This document shows, piece by piece, positions 24,227-36,367 of a stretch of DNA of 64,000 bases; position 1 is the stretch's first letter; each line of letters begins with the position of its first letter. Origin of the DNA: Setoptus koraiensis (taxonomy: Eukaryota; Animalia; Arthropoda); contig CM106586.1 in assembly GCA_048013815.1 (NCBI GenBank), positions 20,150,001-20,214,000 of the forward strand, given 5' to 3'. The position numbers were made by a program, and so were the translations under genes. The notes under the pieces were generated by a model. It did no database searches and was not told the DNA's origin. It worked only from the letters and a program-made list of their open reading frames with translations.

Positions 24227-27200
24227 TGGCGAGGCACAAGAACAAGAGGCCCGAGGAATTAACAGACCTGTGCGCCGCGGCGAACATTGTGCACGTATTG
24301 ATGACGTAACAAGCGGCCGGGGCACGTGTCAGGCGGCCCGGTGGCAAATTTATCGATATAGCCAGTGAGCTGAGATGGATCGGGGCGAGCGCCGAGCGCC
24401 GAGAGTAACCGTTTAAATGTCTGTCATGTGCTGTCATTTGTTATATAATGATATGATTGCGAGCGGAAAAAAGCGCGCATAGCGCATATTAGCGCTATGC
24501 GCGACTCAGCAGTTTTGCACGATCTGCAGCCGATTTGCAGCGATCAGCCGGGGCCCCGTTCGGCCGGCAGGCAGCATCTTTGTTTTGACAACAGCAACAA
24601 CAACAACTATTGCCCCTGACAGCTGCTCTCTGGCTCTTGGGCTCTCTGGCTCTTGGGCGCCCACTTGGTGGCGCCAGCCAGCAATACACAACAAATAATT
24701 TATCGGCTGTTGTTGTTTGTTTTCGCGCGCACTTTGCGCGTGCACGGGCCCCCCTGTTTGCTGATGCAAACTTCAAATGCAAACTCGCAAACTCTATCTG
24801 TCGCGCTCGTGCGCGCCCATCTGAATACAAACAAAATGGTCGCAAGCTCGTTGATTAATGATGTTTGCCTAGATTACTGTGTGCCGCTTGATGCCGTTGT
24901 CCATTAATTTAAATGGACGCGCACGCACTGGCGCTCCACTCAATAAAAACGCCAACAACGACAGCGCCTTTCTTGACTTTTCGCGGCCCCCGAAGCGACC
25001 TATTTTAAAGCGGGCCCCGCTCGCAGCGACCTGTGGAGCGCCCGCGCCCGCGCGCCCGTCCCCGGGGTCCGCGTCCGAGGTCGGGCGCCCCGCGAGCTCC
25101 ACTCGAAGCCGCTCGGATTTTTGCCCACACCGGGCTGCTTTGCTTTGTTTTTGAGCGCTCTGGCGGCCTTTTGACGCGCTCAGACTGGCCGCCGCCGCCG
25201 CGTTGGGGCGCATCACAGCCGGCAAAAGTCCCGTTGCGCGCCCGGCTCGTGCCAACAATGGCGACAAATTGACGTCGTTACTATTTCTCTAGTGCCCGCC
25301 ACTTTATCGCCACTCATAAACTGCGCGCCCGGCGCACATCATTATTCGCCGGCGAGCCCCACTGTTGTTTGTTTGTCTGTGTGTCGCTGTCGCTGCGGGC
25401 CCCACTCGGCGTGTTTGTTTGGCTTTTTTGAGCCAGCTTGAATCAATGCATGAGTGAATCGGGACGCGCTCCGGGTCCCGCAACCCGCCACTGTCCGGCC
25501 GTCCACTTATTGTCGCCTGACACTGGGTGGCGGCGCGCCGCTCGGTGATTATCATCGCTGCTGGCCGGCCGACCGGCTCGCTGGCTGGCTGGCAGCGGGC
25601 TCCATTACGAGTCATTTGGCAAGCTTAGCATGGGGCGTCATTTGCATGAGAATGCGATGGCGCGCCGCACGAGACGCGATGGCGCGCCGCACGACAGCGC
25701 CGCCGGACGACAGCGCCTAGCGCACCGAGAAAAGTGACAAGAGGCGCCCGCCGATATATTTGTGTCGGCGGCAATCGCTTATTATCGCGCGCTGGCGCGC
25801 GTTCAGCCAGCCAGTCGGGCGCTGGCAATGGCATTGGCAAATCGGTTCATTTATTACATTTGTTGTCGTTGTCGCCGTTGTTGTTGCCGATGTTGTGTGC
25901 CACCATTTATTGCACGGCAGCCTAGCGACGTTGGCGACTAGCGACGCTGGCGACTAGCGACGTTGGCGACTCGCGCGCGCCTAGCGACGTTGGCGACTCG
26001 CGACGCTGGCGACTCGCGCGCGCCTAGCGACATTAGCGGCGCATGCAATCTCGTGCAGCGCACGCTGCAGCCAGATAGATACCATCGCTTGATACAACGG
26101 CGGCGCCGATTCAATTGGCGAGCTGGCGATGCAAATATCGAAATGGATCCAAACGGGACGGCGAGCGCCAGAATCGGACCCGCGCCCGGCAGAACGGAGC
26201 CCCAGAAATGGGCAGATTTGGGGCAGAGATGATCGTTTGATTTGGGCGACTTTCCGATTGGAAGCGACACACGCATTGCGGTGACACAAATTTGCTCCGT
26301 CGCGCTAGTTGTTTTTTATGTCTCCATCGTCATTGATTGCCCGATCGCTTCGTTTGCCACCGGGCCGCGCGGCCCCATTTGTGCCCCGTCGGCCCCATCA
26401 GCCCCGTCGGCTCCGTTGGCTCCGTTGGCTCCATTTGGCTTTGTTGGCGCAGCCCGTCGACGCCCACATGCTGATGCCCGCTCAACCGCTCCAATTTAGC
26501 TGGGCATAATTTGGCGCGCTGGCGCCGCCCCCCGGGGCCCGTGCGCTGCGGGCTATGTACTCGGGCTAACAGTTTTGCACTCGATTTGCCTCTCCGCTGG
26601 CTGGCAGCGCAGGCATGTATATGTCAATAATATCCATTATGGCAGCGCTCATTGCCATAATAAAGGCCCAGCGAGCCTCTATGAGGCCTGCCAGTGACGG
26701 TGGCGCCCCCGCGAGCTCGTGCAGGCTCGTGCAAGCCTAGACAGCCAGTGGACATAGGCGCTTGTAACAAAGAAAAGAAAACAAAACAAAAACAAAATAA
26801 AACAGAAGAGAGAGAGCAGACAAACAGCGGACGGTCTTGCCAATTAATCATGGCAGCAGCCACAGACAAACGATGGACAAACAAACAAGGCGGCCAACAT
26901 TGCGCAATAACGACAACTTAAACACGTGCTAGTTGTTGTTGCTGGTTGTTGTTAATTTTCGCTTGTTAGCGTGTGCGCTAATTAGGTGATTCTTTGTTGC
27001 TGTGATGAACAATAACAAGTGAACAAAAGCCGATTGACACACCAATTACAAACTGTGAGTCTCTGTCTGTCTGTCTCGGCGGGCACAATATTACGCAACA
27101 CACACAGTTAGAAAACACGCTGGCCTGTAATAGTCAAACAACGTGTAAGTGTCGACTAGCACGCGATAAATCGCGTGCCGGCCACATCAGTGGCGCGGCT

Positions 27201-28178
27201 ACCTCATTTCGCTCATTTCGCGCTCGCTGCCGGCTACTTGTGGCCTGATTGCCACAAAACTATCACATTTATCACACACAATTTATTCATTTTTGGCCAT
27301 CTTTGGCAGGTGGCGCCCTCGCGCCAATGCGAGCTTGAAATCTCGGCCTAACCGGCTGCCACGAGCTGATTTCTGAAAAATCGGAGGCCCGCTCTCGTAA
27401 CAATAATTATGCCGTTGCGTTGCGCAACTCGTGCCGGCGCAACGCGATTCGCTAACGAGAATTTGCTGTCGCTAGCGAGAATTTGCTGTCGCGAACGCCC
27501 CTGGCCGGCACTTTCGGGCAAGCGATGCGACGCTTTCGGGCAAAAATGGCAAAGTCAAAAAATGGCCAGCGGCCACAATCGCGCAACCGGCAAAAGGTGG
27601 AAGGGTGAACTGGCCAACTGGCAAATGTGAAAATGCCCGAACGCCCGTAGTGCCCGAACGCCCGGAGTGCCCGAACGCCCGGAGTGCCCGGACTCTCGGA
27701 AAATGCCGTTCCCAGTCGGTTGCTTGGATTTTTATATCCGGTTCGCAGATGAATAATCTATCATTTGTAATCACGCGAATAGTGTTACTCACCTGTTTGT
27801 GGCTGTGTCTAGCTGTTGTCACTTTGGCTGCTCTTGCTGTGGCTCGTTGGCATTATTTGTTGTCACTGGGCTGGTGCTGCGATTCGGCGAGGCGCCCTCT
27901 TCGTTAGTGCGTCGCTTCACCTGTCGTCACTTTTGCTGGTTTGGTGCGTTTCTTGGCAAGAGATTCTTGCGTTTTTTGCGCGCTTTTGCGTTGTCTCGTC
28001 GATTGCTCGCTTGAGTTGTCTGTCGGAATGTGTTGTGGCTGAAAATTGTCAAAAATCTTGATTTGTTTCATGTGTCGTCGTGGCTGTCGGTGTGTTCGTT
28101 GCTGCCGGTTTTCACTGGTTTTTCGTTTGTTTTCACCTGTTCTCCGGCTCTCACACTGCTCACCTGTGTTTGTGTCTC

Positions 28179-28346
28179 GTCGATTTGCGTTACTTTGTCG
28201 ATTTGCGTTACTTTGTCGATTTGCGTTACTTTGTCGATTTGTGTTGCTTTGTCGATTTGTGTTACCTTGTCGATTTGCGTTACCTTGTCGATTTGCGTTA
28301 CCTTGTCGATATGCGTCACCTTGTCGATTTGTGTTACTTTGTCGAT
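28179..28346. repeat. 18-bp minisatellite x9 (minus strand ATCGACAARGTAACRCAA)
   Basis: GTCGAT recurs every 18 nt from 28179 to 28341. Confidence 0.95.
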
Positions 28347-29802
28347 GTCGGTGTTGGGTGCCGTCGATGGGCTTGTGCTATGTTGCTGGACAAACAACGT
28401 ACGCGTGCTTTGATGCAAACCTCTCTTGTCAATGTCTTGTCAGCCCGTGTGTCTTGCCTCTGTCGGCCTCAATCGCTCAATGGGGCCCGCTCGCTCACTC
28501 GTTTGCTCACTGACAACGCGCACACGCACACACACACACGCCAAGAGACAGTAATTCACACAATATTTAGTAGCATGTTGTAAAACCCGTTATTACGTAA
28601 CTACTACGTAGCCAGTCGCTACGCGTGTCGTCGTCGTCGTCCGCTGGCTATTGCGCAATAGCGGCCAGCCTCACAATTGTCAGGCCCACAGCCAATGGTA
28701 GCGAGTGGTTGGCGCACGCGCCCCACTTTCACTTCCAACGGGAGCGCCATCTGGCGGCACGCGCATCTTGTCAAGACGCGTGAAGCACGCGCACAAACAC
28801 ACCGCGCGCGTTGTTGAACAACGCGCGCGATAAAACGCGGACGGGGGGCGGCAATGACTAGCATAAGATACACACCACTGTTGTTGTGTGTCATCGCCTC
28901 CCCTCTGTCGCCCGTGCGAGCCACAACAATCGACAGGCGACATATGGGCGCTCCCCCCCCGCGCACCGCACCGCACCGCGCGAGTTCTTGTCGCGCGGCC
29001 CCATTCCGCGCTGGCGCCATCTCGCGGACATGAGCGCAAACAGCGGTCTTGGCAAGTATTGGCGGCACTTTTGGCACACAAATTGTGTGACACACAAGTG
29101 GCCAGCCGTGCGTTAATTGTGCGTTGTCGCCACCAACCAAATGAGTGGCCGAGCTTTTTTCAACCGCTAGCCCCCTGTCGGCCGGCGGGCCCAATCACAC
29201 AGTGGGCGAGGGGGACATGTCCATTTCAAATGAATCATTTGTGCGCCTATGCGCCAACACCGAACACATCGAGCACAATTTGAATGACACACAACCGTTA
29301 TAATCAGAGGCCATAATGACCATTTGATGGCACTAGATTGATAGATGTTGCCCCGCTCCTTCGGGCCGCGCTCACTGGCCGGCGCTGGTCAGTGGGGCCC
29401 ACGAGCGGTCAGTGAGGCCCGCGAGCGCGCCACGGGGCCAGCGAGGGGCCCCTTTGTTGTCGGTTGTTGTGCGTCGTTGTCGGTTGTTGCGCGTTGTTGT
29501 CGGCTGTGGCTGGCGCCGCCGAGATCGATCGATCGACAAGCTCCATGATAAAAGGAATCAATTCAGCTCGCTGGCCAGTTTGTTGTCCATTCAATGAGCC
29601 AATTTAATTGCGCAATGTGCCAATCATTGCAATAATGGACAATAAAGCGCCCATGTCGCTCCGCGCCCCCCCCCCCATCGAATCCATCTTGGGCCCGCTG
29701 GCCAGCCCGCGCTAGCGGCCGCATTGTCGGGGGCCCGCTGCCGCGCTCATCTGGCGTTCGTCATCAGATCACGAGTGCCAGCCCCCACTCATATGGCGCC
29801 CC

Positions 29803-29804
<2 letters not shown>

Positions 29805-29874
<70 letters not shown>
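29805..29874. repeat. (CA)35 microsatellite
   Basis: An uninterrupted 70-nt run. Confidence 0.97.
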
Positions 29875-29875
<1 letters not shown>

Positions 29876-32700
29876 TCGAGCTGGCACGGTCTAATTCATT
29901 GGCCCAGATTCAACGGGCATGACCGGTGGTCAATCGGGCAATATGGTTGACTATTATGTTGGATTAATATTATTTTCATTCCGCGTTGTTGTTGTTGGCG
30001 CTGTCGGCCGTCGTCTCTGGCGGCCGCACAATGGCCGCGCCACATATGCCGGCCCCACGCTCAAGGCCGCATATGTAGGGCCTCACATATTGGGCCTCAT
30101 ATATTAGTATTAGCACAGTTGTATGAGCACACACAACAATTGCGAACAGGTCCCTGGCCGGCCAGCTCACAGCGGCTCAAACGGGACCGAGTGCGACCAA
30201 ACGCGACCAAATGCGACCAAGTGGGGCCAAATGGGGCCAAATGGGGCCAAAGTTTATCGATGGACGGTCTGCGAGGCTCGCAATTGAAAGCGACAAGCCG
30301 GTCAGTGGAAGCGATCGAAGCACAACAGCTGTGTGTCCTCATCATCGTGCTCGGATATGTTAGATTGCGATTGATAATCAATTCAATTAACTCGCCAACT
30401 CGTTCAATCTGACAACTCGAGCTGTTCTTTTTTGAGGGCCCCGTTGCGCAACACACATTGTGTGCGTTGTGTTGTGTGTCGAAATATATCCCCATATCCG
30501 GCGGGGCCAAAATACCCGCAAGCGGCTCGCTTTTATTGTTGTGCTAATGCCCCCGAACGCCGCCTAACTTGTTACTGGTCACTCGGTGCTTGTAGGCGAC
30601 CTAAAGGGGCCTGCTAGATCGCCCAGCAGTGGCGCTAATCTGGTGCCAGTGTGTGGATATTATGCCTGCTGTTCAATGTCAGCGGTGTAGGCCGATATAA
30701 TGCCGATATAATTTCAATTGATAATTGCCTCTCAACGCTAATCGGCCCACCCGGCTAATCTCTTGTTTGTGTGTGCGTGCGGCCGCCGGCCTTTATTAGG
30801 GCGCCCATTTACTTTAGCGCCACCTACCTAGCGATACTAGGCCGGTATATAGACTAGGCGTATTAACAGTTGTATTAGTACTTGTTGTTGTTGGCAACTA
30901 TAACCACGTTGAAGGGTCAGGAGGGGCCCACAGTCGGGCCCCACCGCACAACTGGCGGCACAACTGGCGGCACAACTGGCGGCAATAATTGATTTGGGCA
31001 CCATCTGACAAGCGCAATCGGGCGCTACATTACAATTGTTGTTGTCCTCTCATCGGATACTGTCGCCACTGGCACACGGGACGGCCGGCGCGATCGCTAC
31101 CCGGCGCCCAATCGCCCAAATACCTCTCTTTGCCCATTGCGCCTCAAATACCTCCAGCTCGACAGGGGGCGCGAGCCTATTGGGCCCCTGTTGCACCAAC
31201 ATCGGGTGTAACTCCATGACGGAATGTCCGTCCGACGATTTAAATGCAAACGAGACTGCTGAATGTCCCACATACCTCGCTCGTGTCGCCACCACTCGAG
31301 AGGTGTTGCCGGGTGCGGTGGCGGGCCCGAGCACCGCCAATACCCGGGCGGCACCATTGCCGGGCAGCGTATATTGATTTGGGTACGATTGGTAGACGAT
31401 TAACTCTGACCCAACTCGCCCGCCCGCCAGCCCGCCAGCCAGCTATCCAGTTGACTGACGAGAGATCAATATTGCTTATCGGCACTGCCGCTATCCACCG
31501 CTGAACTGGCGCATTAGGAAATACTTGCCCGCGCTAATAACTGCCCGCCGAGGCGCCCGGCCGCCGGGCGGGCCGCTACTTCGGGTTGGCTCGGGTTGGC
31601 TCGGGCTGGCTCGGGCTGGCTCGGGCCGCTACTTCGGGCTGGCTCGGGTCGGCGGCCAGCGGGCCACCTGGGGACCGTAAATGATTTTGCGAGCACTACT
31701 ACTAATTTGTTGTTATTTTGCAACAAATTAGCTCGCCAACTGTGCGCGAGCTCGCCAATCGACTGGCTGTCTACTCGATTGGTTGCGTCGGGGCCCGAAT
31801 GGTCGCGTTGAGACTCGATTGGTGGCGTTGAGACTCGATTGGTTGCATTGAGACTGGCAGCGGGCATTGTGTTTCGCAATGTCAGCGGCGGTTTAATAGT
31901 TTTTATTTCGACGACGGCGACAACAGCAACGGCGACATTGCCGACAACGGCAACAACGGCGACAACAGCAACACGAGCCAGCAGCTGGCAATATAAATCA
32001 CCGCCGCTGCTGGCAATATGAGAATGGGGCCCGATTGTCGCGCCCACTCGCCGGCGAGACAATCGGGGCCCCTAATTGGAAAGTCTTTTGCTGGCTTGCT
32101 GGCTTGGAAAACGGTTTTTCGGTCACAATTTCGCCTTTCTACAATTTCACTCGAACAATTTCGTGCCGCTCGCAAGCTTGCCGCCGGGACGTCTTTGTTC
32201 GGCTGGCGGGCAATCACCGCGCGGGCTCGCCACGCACGAATAACAATTGCCGGCACCGGTTTAATAGGCACCGACAGCTATTTGCGAGCCGGCTAGCCAG
32301 CGCCTAGCGACTCTCGCGCGCGCCCAGCAGCCAACAGGCTCGCCAGCGACCGACAACGGCAAGCGGGGGCCTGGCGCCCGAGCCAGGTACCCAAGACGAG
32401 AATTGACGAGCGACAGGCGAGCGACTTTTTATCTCTGGGCGCTATCTGATGGCGCGCTCGCACCGATCTCAAATTGGCTCCATCTGGAGTTAGCGTGTAA
32501 ACGCGTGCCACTGGCAACTGGAACAACTGGCTCGAATTGGGGCGCGGCGTAGCGAGACGCCAACACTGAGCCGGCACTTGGAGTCGCCGGAGCAACCCGA
32601 ACGGAACGAATTCTCTCAAAAGTTGAAACTCTCGCCAAGAGAGCAATCTCGGCCCGTCGCCCGACAGTCGCCCAAGAGTTACCCAAGAGTTACCTAGAGT

Positions 32701-32780
32701 TGCCACGAGTCGCCGAGAGTTGCCACGAGTCGCCGAGAGTTGCCACGGCTTGGCGAGAGTTGCCACGGGTTGGCGAGAGT
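32701..32780. repeat. 20-bp tandem repeat x4 (TGCCACGRSTYGSCGAGAGT), two subtypes
   Basis: Two identical copies followed by two diverged copies. Confidence 0.92.
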
Positions 32781-35700
32781 TACGTAAGGACTAATAATGA
32801 CTCGGCAGCGGCGGCGGCCACGGCGCCAGCTTATGTTACATAACTGTCCTGCTCTTAACAACGCTCCCTGTCGGCCGGATAGTTGGACAGGTGGCCCTTC
32901 AATCAATCAAACTCATTTGTTTGCCTGCTCACGAGCGGGCTCTAGTTGCGCTCGCGGCCGCTACGCGCATCGCCGTAAGTGGTTCTTGTTAGACTTGTAT
33001 TGTTTGGGCGCGTGCAACTGCGCACTCCGGCGATTCTTTTCATGGAGCGGGCAATTCTTTGGATTCTCTGCTTTTCCTTTGAATCGCTTCGGGTCGCCTA
33101 GAAACTGTTGGGCCGCCTGAGCTTTGGGTCGCCTAGAAACTGTTAGGCCACCTGAGCCTTTGGTCGGGCCGGATTCGCGCGCAAACAGTCAAACAGCATG
33201 ACAGACGGGCGAATTGGGACAGATGAACCGGCCAGTCAGTTGCATCGTGCCGGCCGACGGGGCCCCTTCCGTCGGCCGGCCCGATAAGCCGAGCAGCGCA
33301 GAGATAAGGCGCTTTTTGTTGCCAATTGCGGGTTTCTTTCAAACTTTTGCTTTTGACTTTTCGCGGCCACTTGGGCCATCTCCGCCAGTGACTGGCCGGC
33401 AGTGACTCGCTGCCAGTGGGTGCGCACCAGTAAATAAAGTCGCCCCAACCGAAACTGAACTCTTTTGTCCGGCTCGCCACTGGCTTTTCATTTCTGTGCC
33501 CGGCGAAAAAAAAAAAACTCGCGCTCGCCGATATATCACGCCGCCCGTTGTGATACATTGCAGTTTACAGTATATCTATATCTATCTATACATTATGTCT
33601 GTTCATCATATCTGGGCCCCCTATCTCGAGCCGGCCAAACGACGCAACGGCAATTGTTAAGCGCTTAGCCAGTTACGTAACGTTACGTACCGTTGGCTGT
33701 CGGTGTTGACTGCAGTCCGGTTACTGCCACAGTTACACTTGGCTGGCCAGGTAAGTCACCGATGGGGCCCGCTCAAGCGACAGGCCAGCCGATGCGATCT
33801 CGCTCGGCCCAATTGTGCCCATTGATTGTTCCAGTTTTCGCTGGCGCCTCGCCGCTGGACTTTTCACTGGAAAATGATGCTCAATTTAGCTCCATTTCAG
33901 CCGGTGGCTTTACTGGCAGCGCTCACTTGGCTCAGCGGCTCGGGCTCGGCGGGCTCAGCGGCTCGGGCTCGGCGGGCTCGAGCTAGCCGAAAATTGGCCA
34001 CTCGGCAATTTTCTAAATCCTAAATTCGCCAAACGTTATCTCTCGCCCGGTTGTCGTGTGTTTCTCTGCTTTTTTTTTGCTGCTGAAAAGCGCCCGCTCT
34101 TGGCCGCAATCTCATTTCGGGCCGCGCTGTCGCTGTCTACTGACCGTGACTGCAATGACTGCGCACAAAGCGCCGCCACAGCCCAACAAGCAGCCCGGCG
34201 CCAGCGCTCGAGCTGCCGGGCCGGGATTTAGCCGGCCCGGCAGATAAGATATTCGCGAATCATCTTGACGGTCGACCAAATGATCCACAAATATTTTATC
34301 GGCTTTCACCAGCCGACCACCGAGTATTACGTGGGCGGCTTTGGGCGCCCGACTCCGGGACACCTCGCGGCGGCCCAAAGCCGCCAAACCATACCCGAGT
34401 GTGCGGACTTAACTGTGCGGATAACCGGCTCGGCTCGGCACGGCCGGCCCGCCATGGCTGCGCGGCAAGCCCAAATTGGCGAGCTAATAAAGGCGAATAA
34501 AAGATGAAGGGGCCCCTCGCGCGGGCAAGCAACATCGACAATGATATCAACTAGATGTATATGTATTCTAGTTCATTGATTTTAATGATAATTCGGGCGC
34601 GCACGTTTACAATCTTGGCGAGCGAGCCGCTTTAAGTGGCGCCATCATGCCCGTTTCGAGTGGCGGGCGGCCGGGCCGTGCCGTGCGGGCACTTTGTGCC
34701 CTGGCGCAGTCACAGTCACAGCCAGCTAGCGGCCGAGAATGGCATTAGCCTATTTATCTTGATGTATCTGGCTCAGTCAGCAAAAAGATAAAGAGCCCCC
34801 TCTGTCGCTAGTCCCTTAATCTAATCAGCTTTTGTTGTTGGGCTCGGCCGGTCGCTCAGTTCTGGTCTCTCACAGTTAGAGGGCGCCCAGTTAGAGGTTG
34901 TGTCGCCCAGGCAGCCAGCGGCGAACAGGTAGCGATAGGTAGCAATCGAGCCATCGATTGGGTATCAAAGGCTCAACGGAAGTGCGCGCCGCGCGCTCCC
35001 GTAGGCCCGGCCCGGTCGCTAAATCGATTTATAATGATGCAAATGAGGCCGTCTCTTGATCGCATGGCCAGCCATTGAGCCGGCACAGGCCGGCTATCTC
35101 GTCAGATAGCTGGCCTGCTGTGGCCAAGTTGCCACACTGGCTGCCAGATCGGCTAGATCGATTAGACGCCGAGACATAGGCCGGCCTCGACTAGTGCCGC
35201 CTAACTACGCGCGCACTGTGCCCGTAATCGGATCGGGCAATCGACGCGCCGCTCGTTTTGTTACCTGAGCCCAAAGACTCGGGTGAGCCCACTCGCGGGC
35301 TTACTGCCGCTACCTGGCGACCACTCGCTTCAGTTCGTTTAGTTTGGCCGGCGGGGAGAGGGGGGGGGGGCAGGGCTCAACTTATGTTTGCTTTTATAAG
35401 CTGCTGGCGTTGTTGTTGTTGTTGTCAGTGTCGTTGTTTCGCCCCCCTCTCGCCGATACCAGCAGATAAAAACAACGAGCGGCCAAGCGGCGGACCGAAT
35501 TCATTTATTCCGGCGCTGGGGCCAGATTTCGGTGGGCGACTCTGGCGGCGGCTGGCCGAGTAAATAGCACCGACACAAACAATGAATAACAATGCCGCTG
35601 ATAATGATACCCGCACAATGGCCCGTTTTTCCGCTGTCGGCTGTTTGCTCGGGCGTCGTTGTCATCGTGGCCCCCGTGTCCCGGCAGATCTCACCTCGGA

Positions 35701-36269
35701 TCACCTTACCTCACCTTGTTGGCTGCGGCCAGCCAAATGAGCTCAACTGGGGCCCCGCGCACATAATCTCTCTGTTTGTCTGTGTGACTCGGCTCGATAT
35801 TGTACGGCACGAGCTTGTCCGGCACGAGCTTGCCAAGCCAAGCCGGACAAGCTCGTGCCGAGGCGCGATATAAGCGCTTATATACGTGTGTGCGATGATG
35901 GAGCGGCTAATGGCCGACACGAGATTATCCGGCTCGGGAGGCCCTTGGGCAGACCGAATAATCTCGTGTTTTAAGGCCGCTCGCCGGGCCCCAAGTGTGA
36001 GCGACCTTTCCGGCCGACGAACAACTGCGAGCCGCGATCGTGTCGGCTCACAACAGCGACAAGAGCCCTGGGCGAACGGGCCGAACGGGGCGCGCACGGG
36101 AGACTTGGTGCAGATTCGGCGCCGATTGTTCTCATTTGACTGATATTATTGACGATGCCGCGCTCAATAATATCAGATAATAATGCACCAAATAATGCCA
36201 ATTATACCCGTCCAATGGACTGTCCGAATGGGCGACTTTGCCACTTGCGCTGCCTCAAAACTGCGCTCG

Positions 36270-36367
36270 CTAGTTCGCGCCAGTTCGGGCTAGTTCGGGC
36301 AGTTCGGGCAGTTCGGGCAGTTCGGGCAAGTTCGCGCTAGTTCGCGCAAGTTCGAGCTAGTTCGAGC
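36270..36367. repeat. 9-10-bp tandem repeat built on AGTTCG, about 10 units
   Basis: AGTTCGGGC, AGTTCGCGC and AGTTCGAGC units. Confidence 0.88.

Noticed and set aside
28179-28346. CRISPR-like appearance of this and other regular repeats
   Set aside because: Units are contiguous with no unique spacers, the context is eukaryotic, and there are no cas genes.
34716-34727. TCACAGCCAGCT, similar to the miR-2 family
   Set aside because: No complementary 5' arm, and the 3' half does not match.
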